A DNA stretch of 63,071 nucleotides, the filler included, from Lenisia limosa (taxonomy: Eukaryota; Protista; Breviatea): assembly GCA_001655205.1 (NCBI GenBank). It is 12 parts of 12 records of this genome, joined end to end, with 100 filler letters (N's around TTAATTAATTAA, not from the genome) between each part and the next. Parts side by side here need not be neighbours in the genome. Positions count along the whole stretch, not along the records: positions 61,177 to 63,071 come from LPNZ01006499.1; 11 more parts are not named here. The stretch is one strand, 5' to 3'. How positions within the stretch are numbered: position 1 is the stretch's first letter; each line of letters starts with the position of its first letter. Of this stretch, positions 63,001-63,071 are shown piece by piece. A program made the position numbers and the translations under genes. Under the pieces are notes generated by a model. It had not been told where the DNA came from and did no database searches. It saw nothing but the letters and a program-made list of their open reading frames with translations.

Positions 63001-63071
63001 GTGGGTGATCAGTTCACGTTCACTCAATCACTTTTGGGCGACAATCACAATTTAGAGGGATATTGAATATT

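Overview
Fragmented draft assembly of an intron-rich eukaryotic nuclear genome (probably a unicellular eukaryote; the taxon cannot be determined from this window). It is at least 12 pieces joined by eleven 100-nt spacers (44 N + TTAATTAATTAA + 44 N), so adjacency across spacers is not evidence of linkage. Manually spliced genes: the 3' end of a NEDD4/Rsp5-type HECT ligase; a >2,200-aa single-pass surface protein (PSI, EGF, FN3, REJ/PKD-like, Cys-rich repeat, GPS-like motif, TM); an unknown protein; a gene region with Sushi-like and RCC1-like repeats; an ECI1-type enoyl-CoA isomerase; a WD40 fragment; tRNA-Gly(UCC); an FHA protein; UTP6-like exons; a FRY/Tao3-like C-terminus; a coiled-coil/RING protein; and part of COPA. 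Non-coding DNA holds several short dispersed repeat families (TA-flanked MITEs and a non-TIR family) and a decayed Penelope-like retroelement. The most unusual signals are (i) a shared sequence just upstream of the 3' splice site in several unrelated genes, nearly always in sense orientation, (ii) frequent GTGGG donors with poly-C acceptors, and (iii) 24-37-nt introns in the UTP6-like gene. All calls are by eye, with no database searches.
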